Virus record (IMG/VR): IMGVR_UViG_3300037882_002578
Location: 32,001 to 96,000 of that record
DNA: 64,000 bases
Direction: 5' to 3' (one strand)
Origin: a virus
The notes below the pieces were generated by a model. That model was not told the DNA's origin. It saw only the letters and a program-made list of their open reading frames with translations, and did no database searches. Below are positions 1 to 10,627 of the stretch, in pieces. How positions within the stretch are numbered: position 1 is the stretch's first letter; every line of letters starts with the position of its first letter. The position numbers and the translations under genes were made by a program.

Positions 1-1
1 A

Positions 2-2083
2 ACTGATTATTTATTGACAGGAAGATGGTTCAGACATTATCACATAGGATATGATTTTTATAGACCAGAAACTTGGAGTCCTATGACAACATTCTTTTCT
101 GAAGATGTAAACATAAAATATCCTCAAGATGGAGAATACGTAGGCAGAATTCATTATTTATCTCCTTCAGATATTATTGAAAGATGGGGAAGTAAATTAA
201 CGGCGGAACAACAACAAAAACTTTCGGGATATTATAATAAAAATTTAGATAATACAGCTACAGGTAGAGAAGGAAATTCATTTAGAAATCTTTTAAATAA
301 TAATTTCTCAAAGCAACAATATGTACCATTTGAAGGGTACTACGAATATGACATGACTCTACAACTTCAAGATGCTTTTGATGTACCTCTAGGAGAATCC
401 ACAGTTATAAATCCAGACGGAACTACTAGACAAGAAGTCACTTGGTTTTCTCCTATGAATAGAAGTGTAAATAACACTACGAATTACTACGCAAGACAAC
501 TAAGAGGAGACATTGAAGTAAGAAGCGATTTAATACAAATCACAGAAGCTTATTGGAGAAGCTATCAAAGGATTGGCATTTTAAATTATATAACTAAAGA
601 TGGAATTCCAGACCAACAAATAGTAACGGACGATTTAATTAAAGACTTCTTAGTAGAGAACGGTATAAAAAAATTAACCAAAGTTACTCTTGAAGAGGTT
701 GAATCTAATCCAGAGCCTAACACTATTGCTTTTACTTACATGCCTCAAATTCGTTGGGGAGCAAAAATAAATGCAGGTAACTCTTACTTGTCAGAAGACT
801 TATATATTGGAGGAGATGCTCTAGACTATCAAATTAAAGGAGACAGTAATATCTATGATATGAAGCTTCCTGTTGCAGGTATAATAGGAAATTCTACAGC
901 TAAAAAATTAAGACCGTTCATAGTAATGTATAATATTTGTATGAACCAAATATTCAACTTACTAGAAAAAGAAATTGGAACATTTTTATTGTTTGATGTA
1001 AACTATTTACCTTCTGAATATAAAGATAACGTGGACACTAAGCACACTTTAGAAATGCTTAGAGAAGCGGCAGTAGAAATAGGAATTGTACCTATCGACA
1101 CTAAAAAACAAAATATGCAAGGGGCTGGACAAGGTATGAATACATTCATGTCTCAATCAATAACTTTTACAGACCAAATCAACAACAGAATGAACTTGGC
1201 TGAAAGATATAAACTTTTAGCTTTAGAGCAAATAGGTATTAATCCTCAAAGATTAGGTTCAGCTAGTGAGTATTCTACGGCGGAAGGAATTAAACAAGGA
1301 TTAACAGCTTCTTACGCACAGACAGAACCTCTATTCTCGGCAATGTCAACAGCAAATAAAAAAGCAACTCATGTACATTTAGTAGTAGCTCAATATTGCC
1401 AAAAAAACTATAAAGATGTATCTTACTATTATACAAAATCTGATGCTGAAAAAGTATTTATAGAGTTATCTGACCCTTATTTTCCTTTAAGACATTTTGG
1501 AATCGTTTCCACAAACAATTCTAATGATAAAAAAGAATTAGAAAATCTTAAGAATATCATGTTGCAAAATAATACGGCTGGAAGCGATATCCTAGACTTT
1601 GCTCAAATTGTCAGGTCAAAAACTATTACAGACTTATTAGCAGTAGGAAACCAAAATAGAATAGAAAAACAAAGAGATTTAGAATCACAAAGAGCACATG
1701 AACAAGAGTTAGCAGATAAAAACTTAGCCGCAATTAAAGCTGAAAAAGACGCTGATAGAGCTTGGAAAGCAGACCAAAACGAAAGAGATAGAGAAACTAA
1801 AATAGAAGAAGAAAGTATTAATGCTTACGGTAGAGCCAGTTCTAATGATTCTAATTTAGAGGGTTATGACAGAATTGCTGATGCCACTCAACAAGCTTTA
1901 GAAAATAATCTAAAAGGAGAAGAGGTAGAAATGAAAAAATCCTTAAGTAAATTAAAGGAAGAGGATTTTAAAACTAAAAAGGAGCTTGAGCAGAAAAAGC
2001 TTGAGCTTCAACAAGAGACCCTACAATTACAAAGAGAGAAAATGGCTTCGGCAGAAAGGATAGCATTGTATAATCCAGGATAA
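2..2083 (+). CDS. Portal protein, 5'-truncated by window edge
   Basis: Frame is open to the window edge (TDYLLTGRWF...). Large protein with coiled-coil C-terminus, directly upstream of scaffold-like and capsid genes as in crAss-like phages. Confidence 0.8.
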   Translation, partial: TDYLLTGRWFRHYHIGYDFYRPETWSPMTTFFSEDVNIKYPQDGEYVGRIHYLSPSDIIERWGSKLTAEQQQKLSGYYNKNLDNTATGREGNSFRNLLNNNFSKQQYVPFEGYYEYDMTLQLQDAFDVPLGESTVINPDGTTRQEVTWFSPMNRSVNNTTNYYARQLRGDIEVRSDLIQITEAYWRSYQRIGILNYITKDGIPDQQIVTDDLIKDFLVENGIKKLTKVTLEEVESNPEPNTIAFTYMPQIRWGAKINAGNSYLSEDLYIGGDALDYQIKGDSNIYDMKLPVAGIIGNSTAKKLRPFIVMYNICMNQIFNLLEKEIGTFLLFDVNYLPSEYKDNVDTKHTLEMLREAAVEIGIVPIDTKKQNMQGAGQGMNTFMSQSITFTDQINNRMNLAERYKLLALEQIGINPQRLGSASEYSTAEGIKQGLTASYAQTEPLFSAMSTANKKATHVHLVVAQYCQKNYKDVSYYYTKSDAEKVFIELSDPYFPLRHFGIVSTNNSNDKKELENLKNIMLQNNTAGSDILDFAQIVRSKTITDLLAVGNQNRIEKQRDLESQRAHEQELADKNLAAIKAEKDADRAWKADQNERDRETKIEEESINAYGRASSNDSNLEGYDRIADATQQALENNLKGEEVEMKKSLSKLKEEDFKTKKELEQKKLELQQETLQLQREKMASAERIALYNPG

Positions 2084-2135
2084 ATTAAACATTATTTAAG
2101 AAATTAAACATTAATTAAGCTTAAAATCCAAAATA

Positions 2136-2174
2136 TAAGCAATTTTAATATTAAAGTAAAAACCAATAAATTTG
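2136..2174 (+). promoter_or_regulatory. Bacteroidota-type promoter with extended -33 element
   Basis: TAAGCAATTTT (2136-2146), 20-nt spacer, TAAATTTG (-7 box, 2167-2174), 9 nt before ATG 2184. Confidence 0.7.
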
Positions 2175-2183
2175 TAACATAAA

Positions 2184-3251
2184 ATGACAGTAGATAACAT
2201 TCAAGAAGGAAGTGCAAGCTTTGAATCTTTAGCAGAATTTGATTTTGATATACCTGAAGTAAAGGTAGAAACTAAAGAAGCACAAGAAACTCCTGATATT
2301 GATTTCACCTCTAAAGAAGAAGTAGAGATAGTAGAGGAGGTTAAAGAAAAACCTGCCGACCTAGATTTAGAAAACAAACCAAATCATTATTCAAAATTAG
2401 CTCAAAAATTAATCGAAAGAGGAGAGTGGGCAGATGCAGAAATTGTAAATGAAGATGGGAGTAAAGTAATGCTTTCTGAATTGAAAGATTTAGATGAAGA
2501 TAGATACTTAGAAATTTTAGAGAATCAAAAAGTATTTAAAGAAGAAGAATTAAAAGAAAAGTATACTAGTGTTGAAGGTTTAGACGACCATAAAAAAAGA
2601 CTTATCAACATTATAAAAGAAGGAGGAGATTTAAGTCAAATCTTTCAAGATACAAACTCTATTCAAAGACCTTTTGAAGGAGTAGATTTAGATGATGAAA
2701 ATACCTGCGCTAATATCGTTTATAGACAGCATTTAGCAAATGGTTTAGATGAAAAAGAAGCTACAGAACTTACAAAATTAGCTCAAAAAGATTTTACTCT
2801 TGATGAAAAAGCTAAAAAAATTGTAGGATATCATCAAAGTAACTATGATAAGCATTTAGTAGAAACCGAAGAATCTTTAAAACAAGAAAAAGTAAGAGAA
2901 CAAGAACAGTTAAAAGTTTATAGAGCTTCTCTTTCAAAAGGATATAAAGATTTAGGTATTCAAGACAACCAAGTTAAGAAGCTAGTCGATTTAGCCACTA
3001 GAGAAAATAATGAAGGAGTTTTAGAAGTTGACAGTTTATATGAGAAGGCGATGGAAAACCCAGAAACAGCTCAAGACTTGATTTACTTTTTAGCTGATAA
3101 AGAAAACTACTTAAAATTAAAGTCTTTAGACACCAAAAGAAAAGACAATATCCAAACCTACAAAACAATTAGTTTCGTTCCAAAAGATAAAAACAAAAAA
3201 GTAGCCACACAAACAGAAGATACAAATGTTCCATTCGACTTTGGAATTTAA
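2184..3251 (+). CDS. Putative capsid scaffolding protein (conserved gene between portal and MCP)
   Basis: Very acidic, helical 355-aa protein between portal and capsid genes; call by synteny. Confidence 0.55.
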   Translation: MTVDNIQEGSASFESLAEFDFDIPEVKVETKEAQETPDIDFTSKEEVEIVEEVKEKPADLDLENKPNHYSKLAQKLIERGEWADAEIVNEDGSKVMLSELKDLDEDRYLEILENQKVFKEEELKEKYTSVEGLDDHKKRLINIIKEGGDLSQIFQDTNSIQRPFEGVDLDDENTCANIVYRQHLANGLDEKEATELTKLAQKDFTLDEKAKKIVGYHQSNYDKHLVETEESLKQEKVREQEQLKVYRASLSKGYKDLGIQDNQVKKLVDLATRENNEGVLEVDSLYEKAMENPETAQDLIYFLADKENYLKLKSLDTKRKDNIQTYKTISFVPKDKNKKVATQTEDTNVPFDFGI

Positions 3252-3284
3252 CAATAACAATTCAATACTAAAAACAACACAACA

Positions 3285-4973
3285 ATGAGCGTTACGCAAT
3301 CAAACAAATCTCTTTTTAATGGAGACCACGTAATTAAGTTTACAGATAGAAAGACGGTACAAAGTATCCAAGGATATCAAGACCTAGCTTCTATGGGTGC
3401 TTGGTATCAAGAAGACCCAAATAAACATCACTTAGGGCTTATGTCTTTATGGGGACAACAAGCAAGAACAACTTATCCAATGTACAGAGAATTACTAGCT
3501 GACAAAGCAGTAATGGAAGTAAATGGAGTAGATGGCTCTTTTACCTATGATATTGCTATCAAAGAGACAGCAAACTGTACAACTATTAGAGATACTTCAA
3601 ATCAAGATTTTCCAGGTTTAGATGAATCTACTTTTAAAATTGTACTTACAAAACAATTCGCTCCAGGAGACATTATTTCTGCTGACCCTTTATTCGGAGA
3701 ACAATTAGTTGTATCTCAAGACGAAGAAGTAGTTATGAGAAATGAAGGTTTTGAGCACTCAGTAAAATTAGTATCTACTTCAAAAAGAGCTTACTACGAT
3801 TCTGCATTACTTGTTAAAGGTATCCAGTACTATAAAGTAGCTCACACAATGTTTGGAGAATATGCTCAAAACTACTCTAATGTAGATTTCATGGACTCTC
3901 CAACTACAATGACTTGTAAATTCCAATTAGGAAACATGTCAGGAGTTGAAGCTATGGTTACAGGAAATGCGGACAGAAAGACTATGGGTGGAGCTACAGC
4001 ACACGCAAGAGCTTATGTTGATGACTTGATGAACGAAGCTATGGACTTAGGAGAATTTGCTGTTATTGCAGATAGAGACGGAGTTACAGGTAAAGCTAAA
4101 CCATCTACAATGCGTATTGGAGCAACTATGGAATTCTTAGTTCACAGAGAGCATGAGAAATTAGTAGCTCAAGCATTACTTTTCCAAAAAGCAGGTGTTA
4201 TTCGTGAGGCTAATGGAGTAGCAAGATTAAATGAAGGGTTGTGGCATCAAATTCGTAGAGGTAAGCTTATCAAGTATGGTAGACCAGGCGGAATCACTAG
4301 AGCACATATCAAAGAAGCAGTAGAATATGTATTTAGAGCTAATGACAAACCTGCAGAAGAAAGAGTTGTTAAGTTCAAAGGAGGTAAAGAAGCTGTAGAC
4401 AATATCTATCAAATATTCAAAGAAGAAGTTGGAGCACAGGTTGCGTCATTAGCACCATTCATGGGTTCTGAGAGAATTTTACCAACTAATCCTGTATCTG
4501 GAAGTTTATTAAATCTTAAACTAGCTCCTGTACGTTTTACAGAAGTTTACATTCCTGGAATCGGAAACCTTCAAATCGAAGAAGACCCATCATTGAATAA
4601 TATCCCAATGACAGACCGTTTCCAAAAAGGTATGCATGCTAATAACAGAGCACATACAGTTTACTCTTTAGTTATATGGGACGTAGCGGACGCTTACTAC
4701 TCTAATAACAAAGTTATGCCAAAAGGAGCAACAGTCATTGAAGGTGGTAATACTAAAGCTAATATCTACTTAGTAAAACCAGAAGGAGAAATGACATATT
4801 GGGGTTCTGACAATGGACGTTACAATAACAAAAAAGCTTCTGACGTAGTTAGTTCTTACAAAACTATGGCTCAATCATTCTGGATTCACTCTTCTGTAGC
4901 ACTACACGTTAGAGATTTAACTCGATTCGTAGTTATAGAATTAGATGAAGCAGCAAGAAAAGGATTTAATTAA
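3285..4973 (+). CDS. Major capsid protein
   Basis: 562 aa, strongly biased codons, motifs such as RLNEGLWHQIRRG and LQIEEDPSL, position after portal/scaffold, 3' hairpin. Confidence 0.8.
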   Translation: MSVTQSNKSLFNGDHVIKFTDRKTVQSIQGYQDLASMGAWYQEDPNKHHLGLMSLWGQQARTTYPMYRELLADKAVMEVNGVDGSFTYDIAIKETANCTTIRDTSNQDFPGLDESTFKIVLTKQFAPGDIISADPLFGEQLVVSQDEEVVMRNEGFEHSVKLVSTSKRAYYDSALLVKGIQYYKVAHTMFGEYAQNYSNVDFMDSPTTMTCKFQLGNMSGVEAMVTGNADRKTMGGATAHARAYVDDLMNEAMDLGEFAVIADRDGVTGKAKPSTMRIGATMEFLVHREHEKLVAQALLFQKAGVIREANGVARLNEGLWHQIRRGKLIKYGRPGGITRAHIKEAVEYVFRANDKPAEERVVKFKGGKEAVDNIYQIFKEEVGAQVASLAPFMGSERILPTNPVSGSLLNLKLAPVRFTEVYIPGIGNLQIEEDPSLNNIPMTDRFQKGMHANNRAHTVYSLVIWDVADAYYSNNKVMPKGATVIEGGNTKANIYLVKPEGEMTYWGSDNGRYNNKKASDVVSSYKTMAQSFWIHSSVALHVRDLTRFVVIELDEAARKGFN

Positions 4974-4989
4974 TTTAAAAAATAATAAA

Positions 4990-5011
4990 GCCTCGATGTA
5001 AAAGTCGGGGC
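4990..5011 (+). terminator. Stem-loop after MCP (3' stabilizer or weak terminator)
   Basis: GCCTCGA-TGTAAAAG-TCGGGGC 7-bp stem; no downstream U-tract. Confidence 0.5.
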
Positions 5012-5029
5012 AACATGACTACTAGTTTG

Positions 5030-5068
5030 TAAGTAATTTTATTTTAGTTTATTATTATTGTATTTTTG
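5030..5068 (+). promoter_or_regulatory. Bacteroidota-type promoter with extended -33 element
   Basis: TAAGTAATTTT (5030-5040), 20-nt spacer, TATTTTTG (5061-5068). Confidence 0.7.
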
Positions 5069-5093
5069 CACATAATAAACCAAAAAAGTTAAA

Positions 5094-6071
5094 ATGGCAA
5101 CATTAAGAAATACAAACGAAAAATTAAAAATTGTAGTACACGGTTTTGACATCTTATCAGATACAATCTATAAAGTAGTTCCAAAACTAGATACACAAGC
5201 ACCAGATGGGTTTATAGCTCACGACACTACAAAAATTTTAAACCCAGAAATAGGAACATCTGTACCTATGGCAGTTTGGGACGAAGATAGAGGAGTATGG
5301 GACACAGGACTTCACGAAAACTCAAAAATACTTGTTAGACTATACCCTGATCCAAAAGCTAGAGCTGAAGTTTTAAAAGGACTTAAAAAATTTATTATTG
5401 ACCCTGTTGAAGCTATTAAAGGTAAAGGAGTTTTAAGTCACATTCAAGAAAGAGACAAAGAATCCTTTTGGGACAATAACTCTACAAACATAGTTAAAGA
5501 TTTAACTTTCTCAACTAGTAATCCTATGGATTTGCTTTCTTTATATTCTGCAGTATTACATGGTAATTTAGCTCCTAAAGAAATGGAAGAAAATCCAGTA
5601 TTTAGAACAAAAGCTCAATTTGCAGTTCAAAACATTGAACAAGTTGTTGATTTAAAACAACGAAAAGATTTAGAAAGAAATAAAGCTATTGGTTTATTTT
5701 TCGCAATGTTAACTCAAAATAAAGAAGACCTTTTAGCTATACTTGATTACTTAGGAATCCCTAGCACAAATAACCCAGATGAAGCAGCTTTAAATAGTGT
5801 ATTTACAGAGTGGCTAAACAATAAAGAAAATGGATTCCAAAATGCTTCCATATTTGTAGAAACCCATACTTTTTTCCAAACAAAAGATGGAAAAGAAGAA
5901 TTAAAGATTTTCTCTACTCTAAAAGAATTATTAAGAAGCGGAGCTATTAAAAGGAAAATGGGAGCTATTTACTTAGATGATTTAGATTTAGGAGCTAACT
6001 TGAAAATAGCTGCGAAAGGAGCAGTAAAATCAGAAGAAACACAAGAACTGATTTTTAATAAATTGACTTAA
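5094..6071 (+). CDS. Conserved virion-module protein following MCP
   Basis: 325-aa ORF with its own promoter; synteny with crAss-like capsid module; no motif recognised. Confidence 0.55.
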   Translation: MATLRNTNEKLKIVVHGFDILSDTIYKVVPKLDTQAPDGFIAHDTTKILNPEIGTSVPMAVWDEDRGVWDTGLHENSKILVRLYPDPKARAEVLKGLKKFIIDPVEAIKGKGVLSHIQERDKESFWDNNSTNIVKDLTFSTSNPMDLLSLYSAVLHGNLAPKEMEENPVFRTKAQFAVQNIEQVVDLKQRKDLERNKAIGLFFAMLTQNKEDLLAILDYLGIPSTNNPDEAALNSVFTEWLNNKENGFQNASIFVETHTFFQTKDGKEELKIFSTLKELLRSGAIKRKMGAIYLDDLDLGANLKIAAKGAVKSEETQELIFNKLT

Positions 6072-6076
6072 AATTA

Positions 6077-6742
6077 ATGGACATAAATAAAGCTTACCAA
6101 AAGTTTATCATAAAGATAAATAAAAATGCTACAACAGATAGCATCTCATGTGATAAAGGTAGGTTTGCAATAATCCTAAATGAATCTCAAAATAAGTTTC
6201 AAGAATTTATTTTAGATAAAAAAGGGGACGATGAAATCAGATACATTCAACATTTATTAGTGGAAGACTATTTGATTTCATCGTCTACTCCTCAAAAAGA
6301 TTCTCAAGATTTCCCGCTACCAAAAAATTACTTCGACTTATCTAGTGTACATGCAGAAGCCTCTAAAGACAATTGTACAAAACAAAAAATAGATTTATTT
6401 GAAATAAAAAATGATGATAGAAATAACATCCTAAGTGATGAATTTAATAAACCGTCATTTAAATACAGAGAAGCTCCTTACAATCTCACTTCAAATAAGA
6501 TAAAAGTTTATAAAGAAGGCTTTACTGTTGACAACTTAGTGTTATCATACTACAGATACGCTAAACAAATAGAACTACAAGATTCAGAAGACCCAGAAAG
6601 TGATTTCAAAACAAACTCTATACTAGAGTGGGAGGATAAAATAGCAGACCGAATAATAAGTCTAGCCGCATCTGAATTTGAACTTAACAACGGTTCTGAA
6701 AAATACCAAGCTAATAAGCTAAATTCCGCACAAAAAATATAA
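6077..6742 (+). CDS. Putative tail ring / tubular protein
   Basis: 221 aa with helical ends flanking a beta region (YYRYAKQI), typical of adaptor rings; synteny. Confidence 0.5.
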   Translation: MDINKAYQKFIIKINKNATTDSISCDKGRFAIILNESQNKFQEFILDKKGDDEIRYIQHLLVEDYLISSSTPQKDSQDFPLPKNYFDLSSVHAEASKDNCTKQKIDLFEIKNDDRNNILSDEFNKPSFKYREAPYNLTSNKIKVYKEGFTVDNLVLSYYRYAKQIELQDSEDPESDFKTNSILEWEDKIADRIISLAASEFELNNGSEKYQANKLNSAQKI

Positions 6743-6779
6743 AACAACAATTCAAATATTAAATTAAAACAACACAACA

Positions 6780-8747
6780 ATGAGTTTAAACAAAGGACAA
6801 GACAGAATATTCAACTTAATTGATGGAAATGTCTTAACATCAGGAGGTACATTAAACCTTGCAAATGGTCAATTGGCTATTTTAGATTTGTCTTTACCTA
6901 ATACACAAAATGGTAGACGAGCAGTTAACAAATTTGATGGTAAACCAAAAGATACCAATTTTCAAATTAAAATGGGAGTAGCACCTTTAGCAGCTACACG
7001 TTCAATTACTGACAAGCCATACTCTTCTTTACCTTTCAAATTATCAGAGATAGTAGATTATAAAGTATTTGCTCCAAAAGCAAAAGGGATTAAGAATGAC
7101 TCTTTTATTATAGGGTACAATGGTAAAGCAGGAACAGAGATAAAACTTTCTAAAAACAATTCAGATGTAATTGATTTCACTTTGTCTGGGGATGCTATTG
7201 GAGCTTTAGGTTATCAAGATAGCTCAGTAAGAGTTAGTTTATATTTAGAGTACCCTTACGTAGATGAGGATGGTTTAGACTTAAAAACAGGTCTTGTACC
7301 AACTATGCAAGAGATTGTAGAAAATGCAATTGACGTAGCTAAAAGAATGACTTTGATGGGCGGCGTATCAATTTTAGATTACATTGATATCTCTCCAGTA
7401 AATTCTTTGTCGCCTAGTGCTCAAGACCTTGTAGACGATGTATCTTACAGAACTTTTAGTTTGACTTTAACCGATAAAGGAGACGAGACAGCTTTAGGAA
7501 GAGTACAAGCTCAGTATCCAAACTTTACTATATTAAAAGCGGATAGACTTGAAGATACTTCAACAGTATACACAATCCTTGCTCCAGCAGCAACTGTATT
7601 AGCAGATTTCACAACAACGACTCCATCTTACATAAAAGGATGTGAAGATTGTGTAGCAGGATACACAGAAGCAGTAGAAGGTATTATTTATTCCATTTCA
7701 ATTGAAAATGACGGAGTAGACGTAACTACTACTATTGACAATGTTCCAGGATTTGTTACAGGTTCAGTTTTGAAACAATCTCAAATTGACGGAGTAGCAA
7801 TTTATACAGTAGTTGTAAATGATGCTCTAACAGAGGCAGAAATAACAACATTTAAAGCTACAGATGCGGTAAGCTCTACAGCAGTGTTCACTTTAATAGG
7901 AGAGGCTTCATCAGTTTGCGAAAGTTCAACTACAACTTCAAAAGCTTGGATACCAGGAGAAACTTGCAGTGCTATTCCAGAAACTTATACTATAACTCTT
8001 GCAGATGACGAATGCGGAGAGAATAAATTAGATAAATTACAAAAAGCTTACCCTAATTTAGTAATTACAACAGGCATGGGTAGTTCAGCTTTATGTCAAA
8101 CAACTTATACTACAACGGTTTTATCTAACATAGTTTGTGAAGACTGTTCAGCCGAGTTTAGAGATTTATTTGTAACAGAAGCTCCACAAGAGTTTGAAAG
8201 AGTTGCTTGGGAAAAACCTGCAAAAGTTTACTACCCTTTAGCTAAAATGGGTATCAAAATCACAGGTAAAGATTTTATAATGAGTGGTTCAGAAGAGTAT
8301 AGAGACGACATACCTTTCTACGCAACTTCAACTAGAATCAGTATTGCAGGTGGTTACACTACTATGATTAGTGAAAACTTTATTGCAGGTACAGGAAGAT
8401 ATGCTGTAAAAATGCTTTCTATGGCAGAAGAGCCAGAAGCTTATGGAGGAATGTTGAGAGACCAAGAAGAGCGTTCAAGAATCTATTTTGATGGAACTCA
8501 TAGACTAGAAGGTAACAATTACGGTAAATTTGTTATGGGTCAAGAAACAAGATTAAAAGGTTTAGTTCAATACGTTGATTACGCTTTAACAGTTAATGTT
8601 AAAACCCCGATAATGAACTTAGGTACTGGTAACGAAAAAATCACTTATATTATAAGAGTTGAAGTAGGGTATCATCAAGCAGTAGAAAATTTACTTAACT
8701 CTTTAGCAACTGCCGCTGGACTATCAGCACAAGTAGCTTACGCATAA
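6780..8747 (+). CDS. Abundant structural protein (auxiliary capsid/decoration-like)
   Basis: 655 aa, T/S/V-rich, two CEDC motifs, strong terminator downstream; synteny. Confidence 0.5.
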   Translation: MSLNKGQDRIFNLIDGNVLTSGGTLNLANGQLAILDLSLPNTQNGRRAVNKFDGKPKDTNFQIKMGVAPLAATRSITDKPYSSLPFKLSEIVDYKVFAPKAKGIKNDSFIIGYNGKAGTEIKLSKNNSDVIDFTLSGDAIGALGYQDSSVRVSLYLEYPYVDEDGLDLKTGLVPTMQEIVENAIDVAKRMTLMGGVSILDYIDISPVNSLSPSAQDLVDDVSYRTFSLTLTDKGDETALGRVQAQYPNFTILKADRLEDTSTVYTILAPAATVLADFTTTTPSYIKGCEDCVAGYTEAVEGIIYSISIENDGVDVTTTIDNVPGFVTGSVLKQSQIDGVAIYTVVVNDALTEAEITTFKATDAVSSTAVFTLIGEASSVCESSTTTSKAWIPGETCSAIPETYTITLADDECGENKLDKLQKAYPNLVITTGMGSSALCQTTYTTTVLSNIVCEDCSAEFRDLFVTEAPQEFERVAWEKPAKVYYPLAKMGIKITGKDFIMSGSEEYRDDIPFYATSTRISIAGGYTTMISENFIAGTGRYAVKMLSMAEEPEAYGGMLRDQEERSRIYFDGTHRLEGNNYGKFVMGQETRLKGLVQYVDYALTVNVKTPIMNLGTGNEKITYIIRVEVGYHQAVENLLNSLATAAGLSAQVAYA

Positions 8748-8770
8748 GTAAGAAGTTTATTAACTCAATA

Positions 8771-8802
8771 AAGGAGAGAGAACAAACCCTCTCTCCTTTT
8801 TT
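8771..8802 (+). terminator. Rho-independent terminator
   Basis: AAGGAGAGAG-AACAAACC-CTCTCTCCTT followed by a T-run. Confidence 0.85.
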
Positions 8803-8820
8803 ATAAATCTTTGATTATAT

Positions 8821-9252
8821 ATGCAAGTTTTACAATATTTAGAGAGTTTTTTAGTAGCTTTAGTAACTTTATTTGGAGGCTATGCTATAGGTATAAAAAA
8901 AAGAAGAATAGAAAATAAAAAAGAATCTGCAATTGCAGAACAAGAAGAAGTAAAAATAAAGAAAGAAAAAGTAGAGCTTTCTGAATTAATTCAAGAAGTT
9001 TACGAAAAAACTATAAGTACTTTTTCTAAGAGAATTGATGATTTAGAGAGGTCAAATGATGACTTACTTAGAAAATATAATGATATACTTTTAAGAAATG
9101 CTATTTTAGAAGAGAGAGCAGAAGCTTACGAACAAAAGTATAAAAACTTAGAAAAAGAACACACTAAGCTAAAGTCCGACAACTACAAACTTCACAAAGA
9201 AAATATTGAAATTAGAAAAGAACTGGAAGAGTTAAAAAATCCTTTAGCATGA
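8821..9252 (+). CDS. Membrane-anchored coiled-coil protein of lysis cassette (holin/antiholin-like)
   Basis: N-terminal TM (FLVALVTLFGGYAIGI) and long coiled coil, directly before holin and endolysin. Confidence 0.5.
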   Translation: MQVLQYLESFLVALVTLFGGYAIGIKKRRIENKKESAIAEQEEVKIKKEKVELSELIQEVYEKTISTFSKRIDDLERSNDDLLRKYNDILLRNAILEERAEAYEQKYKNLEKEHTKLKSDNYKLHKENIEIRKELEELKNPLA

Positions 9253-9500
9253 AAAAGATATTTGATGACACTTTAAAGACTAATGGTAAATGGAATAGGC
9301 AAGCACTTACATTTTTTGCTTCTTTTACTATTTCAGTCATATTAGGTTCTACCTTAACAGGACTAAGTTTCTTTTTAAATATAGTTACAAACCCTATAGC
9401 AGAAAATGTTTTTAACAGCTTTATAATGCTAACAGGTGTTATGAGTGGAACAAATATTTGGAATAAAATAGTAGACATAAAAAAAGCCGAAAAAGAGTAA
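9249..9500 (+). CDS. Putative holin
   Basis: 83 aa, two TM segments, charged C-terminus, overlaps endolysin start. Confidence 0.6.
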   Translation: MKKIFDDTLKTNGKWNRQALTFFASFTISVILGSTLTGLSFFLNIVTNPIAENVFNSFIMLTGVMSGTNIWNKIVDIKKAEKE

Positions 9501-10165
9501 TGAAACAGATAATAAAATTTCAAAAAGATAATGGATTAGTAGCCGATGGAGTAATCGGTATGAAAACCTTGTCTAAAATGAAAGATGTTTGGAAAAGAAG
9601 TTCTTTAGAAGAAGTAATACATTATCTAGGACAAGTTTATGTGGAATCAGATAAGTTCAATATAGAATTAGAAAATTTAAATTATTCCGCAAAAAGACTT
9701 TTAGAAGTTTTTAAAAGAAGATTTGATACCAACAGAGATAAGTGGTTAAGCTCTCAAGAGAAGGAAAAAGTAAAAGAACTTATAGGAAGTCCAATTAAGA
9801 TTGGAAGTTTTGTTTACGCCAATTTAAATGGTAATGGAAATGAAGCTTCACAAGAGGGATATATCTTCAGGGGGTCAGCAGGAATTCAGCTCACAGGAAA
9901 AATAAATTACGAAAGATTTTCTAAATGGATAGGAGCTAAAAAAACATTAACTGCGGAAGAAGTAGCTAAAGATTACTTTTGGGAAGCAGGATTATTTTTC
10001 TTTGGAGAGAATAAACTATGGAGATTTGCTAAAAAAGTGGATATTGATTCCATAACTAAATTAAGTAAAGCAATTAACCTTGGAAACCCTAACAGTCCTT
10101 ATCAACCAAATCACTTGAAAGAAAGAGTAGAAGCAACTTTAAACTTTAATAAAATAATAAAATGA
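9500..10165 (+). CDS. Endolysin: PG-binding domain plus glycoside hydrolase family 19
   Basis: FQKDNGLVADGVIG (PG_binding_1-like); HYLGQVYVES, ENLNYSAKRL and FRGSAGIQLTGKINY are GH19 lysozyme motifs. Confidence 0.85.
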   Translation: MKQIIKFQKDNGLVADGVIGMKTLSKMKDVWKRSSLEEVIHYLGQVYVESDKFNIELENLNYSAKRLLEVFKRRFDTNRDKWLSSQEKEKVKELIGSPIKIGSFVYANLNGNGNEASQEGYIFRGSAGIQLTGKINYERFSKWIGAKKTLTAEEVAKDYFWEAGLFFFGENKLWRFAKKVDIDSITKLSKAINLGNPNSPYQPNHLKERVEATLNFNKIIK

Positions 10166-10311
10166 TAACAGAGATAATATTAGGTTTTTTATTTATAGCT
10201 TTTGGGGTAGTATTAATTTTAAATAATAAAAAAGTAAAAAAGAATGTTCCAAAAACTAACGCTACAGTTTTACCATTACCTCCAAAACCAGATAAAGGTA
10301 CTCCAAGGTAG
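10162..10311 (+). CDS. Unannotated 49-aa membrane microprotein
   Basis: My translation: MITEIILGFLFIAFGVVLILNNKKVKKNVPKTNATVLPLPPKPDKGTPR; ATG overlaps the endolysin stop (ATGA-type coupling). Confidence 0.65.
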   Translation: MITEIILGFLFIAFGVVLILNNKKVKKNVPKTNATVLPLPPKPDKGTPR

Positions 10312-10627
10312 TTTTTTAATAATATCTTTACTCCTTTTATTTTTTTGTAGAAGCATCAGTGGATATTTTGCTAATTATGATACTAATTATTGGTTTGACT
10401 ACTTTTTAATAACAGAAAGACTTTCTACAATTTTTTTACTTTTAGCTGGATATAAATATCTTAAAAATGTCTGTTGGATAGCTTATGAGATGCTTTTAAT
10501 ATTTTTGATTCAAGATTTCATAGACAGAGTTTTTTACGATATCACTTATTGGGGAATCAATGACACAATAGCAATTTTTATAATAATTTTTCAATATTTA
10601 ATAAGACTTTACAATGATAAAAAATAA
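10244..10627 (+). CDS. Multi-pass membrane protein (start uncertain)
   Basis: About four hydrophobic aromatic-rich segments; 5' end overlaps the 49-aa ORF in another frame. Confidence 0.55.
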   Translation: MFQKLTLQFYHYLQNQIKVLQGSFLIISLLLLFFCRSISGYFANYDTNYWFDYFLITERLSTIFLLLAGYKYLKNVCWIAYEMLLIFLIQDFIDRVFYDITYWGINDTIAIFIIIFQYLIRLYNDKK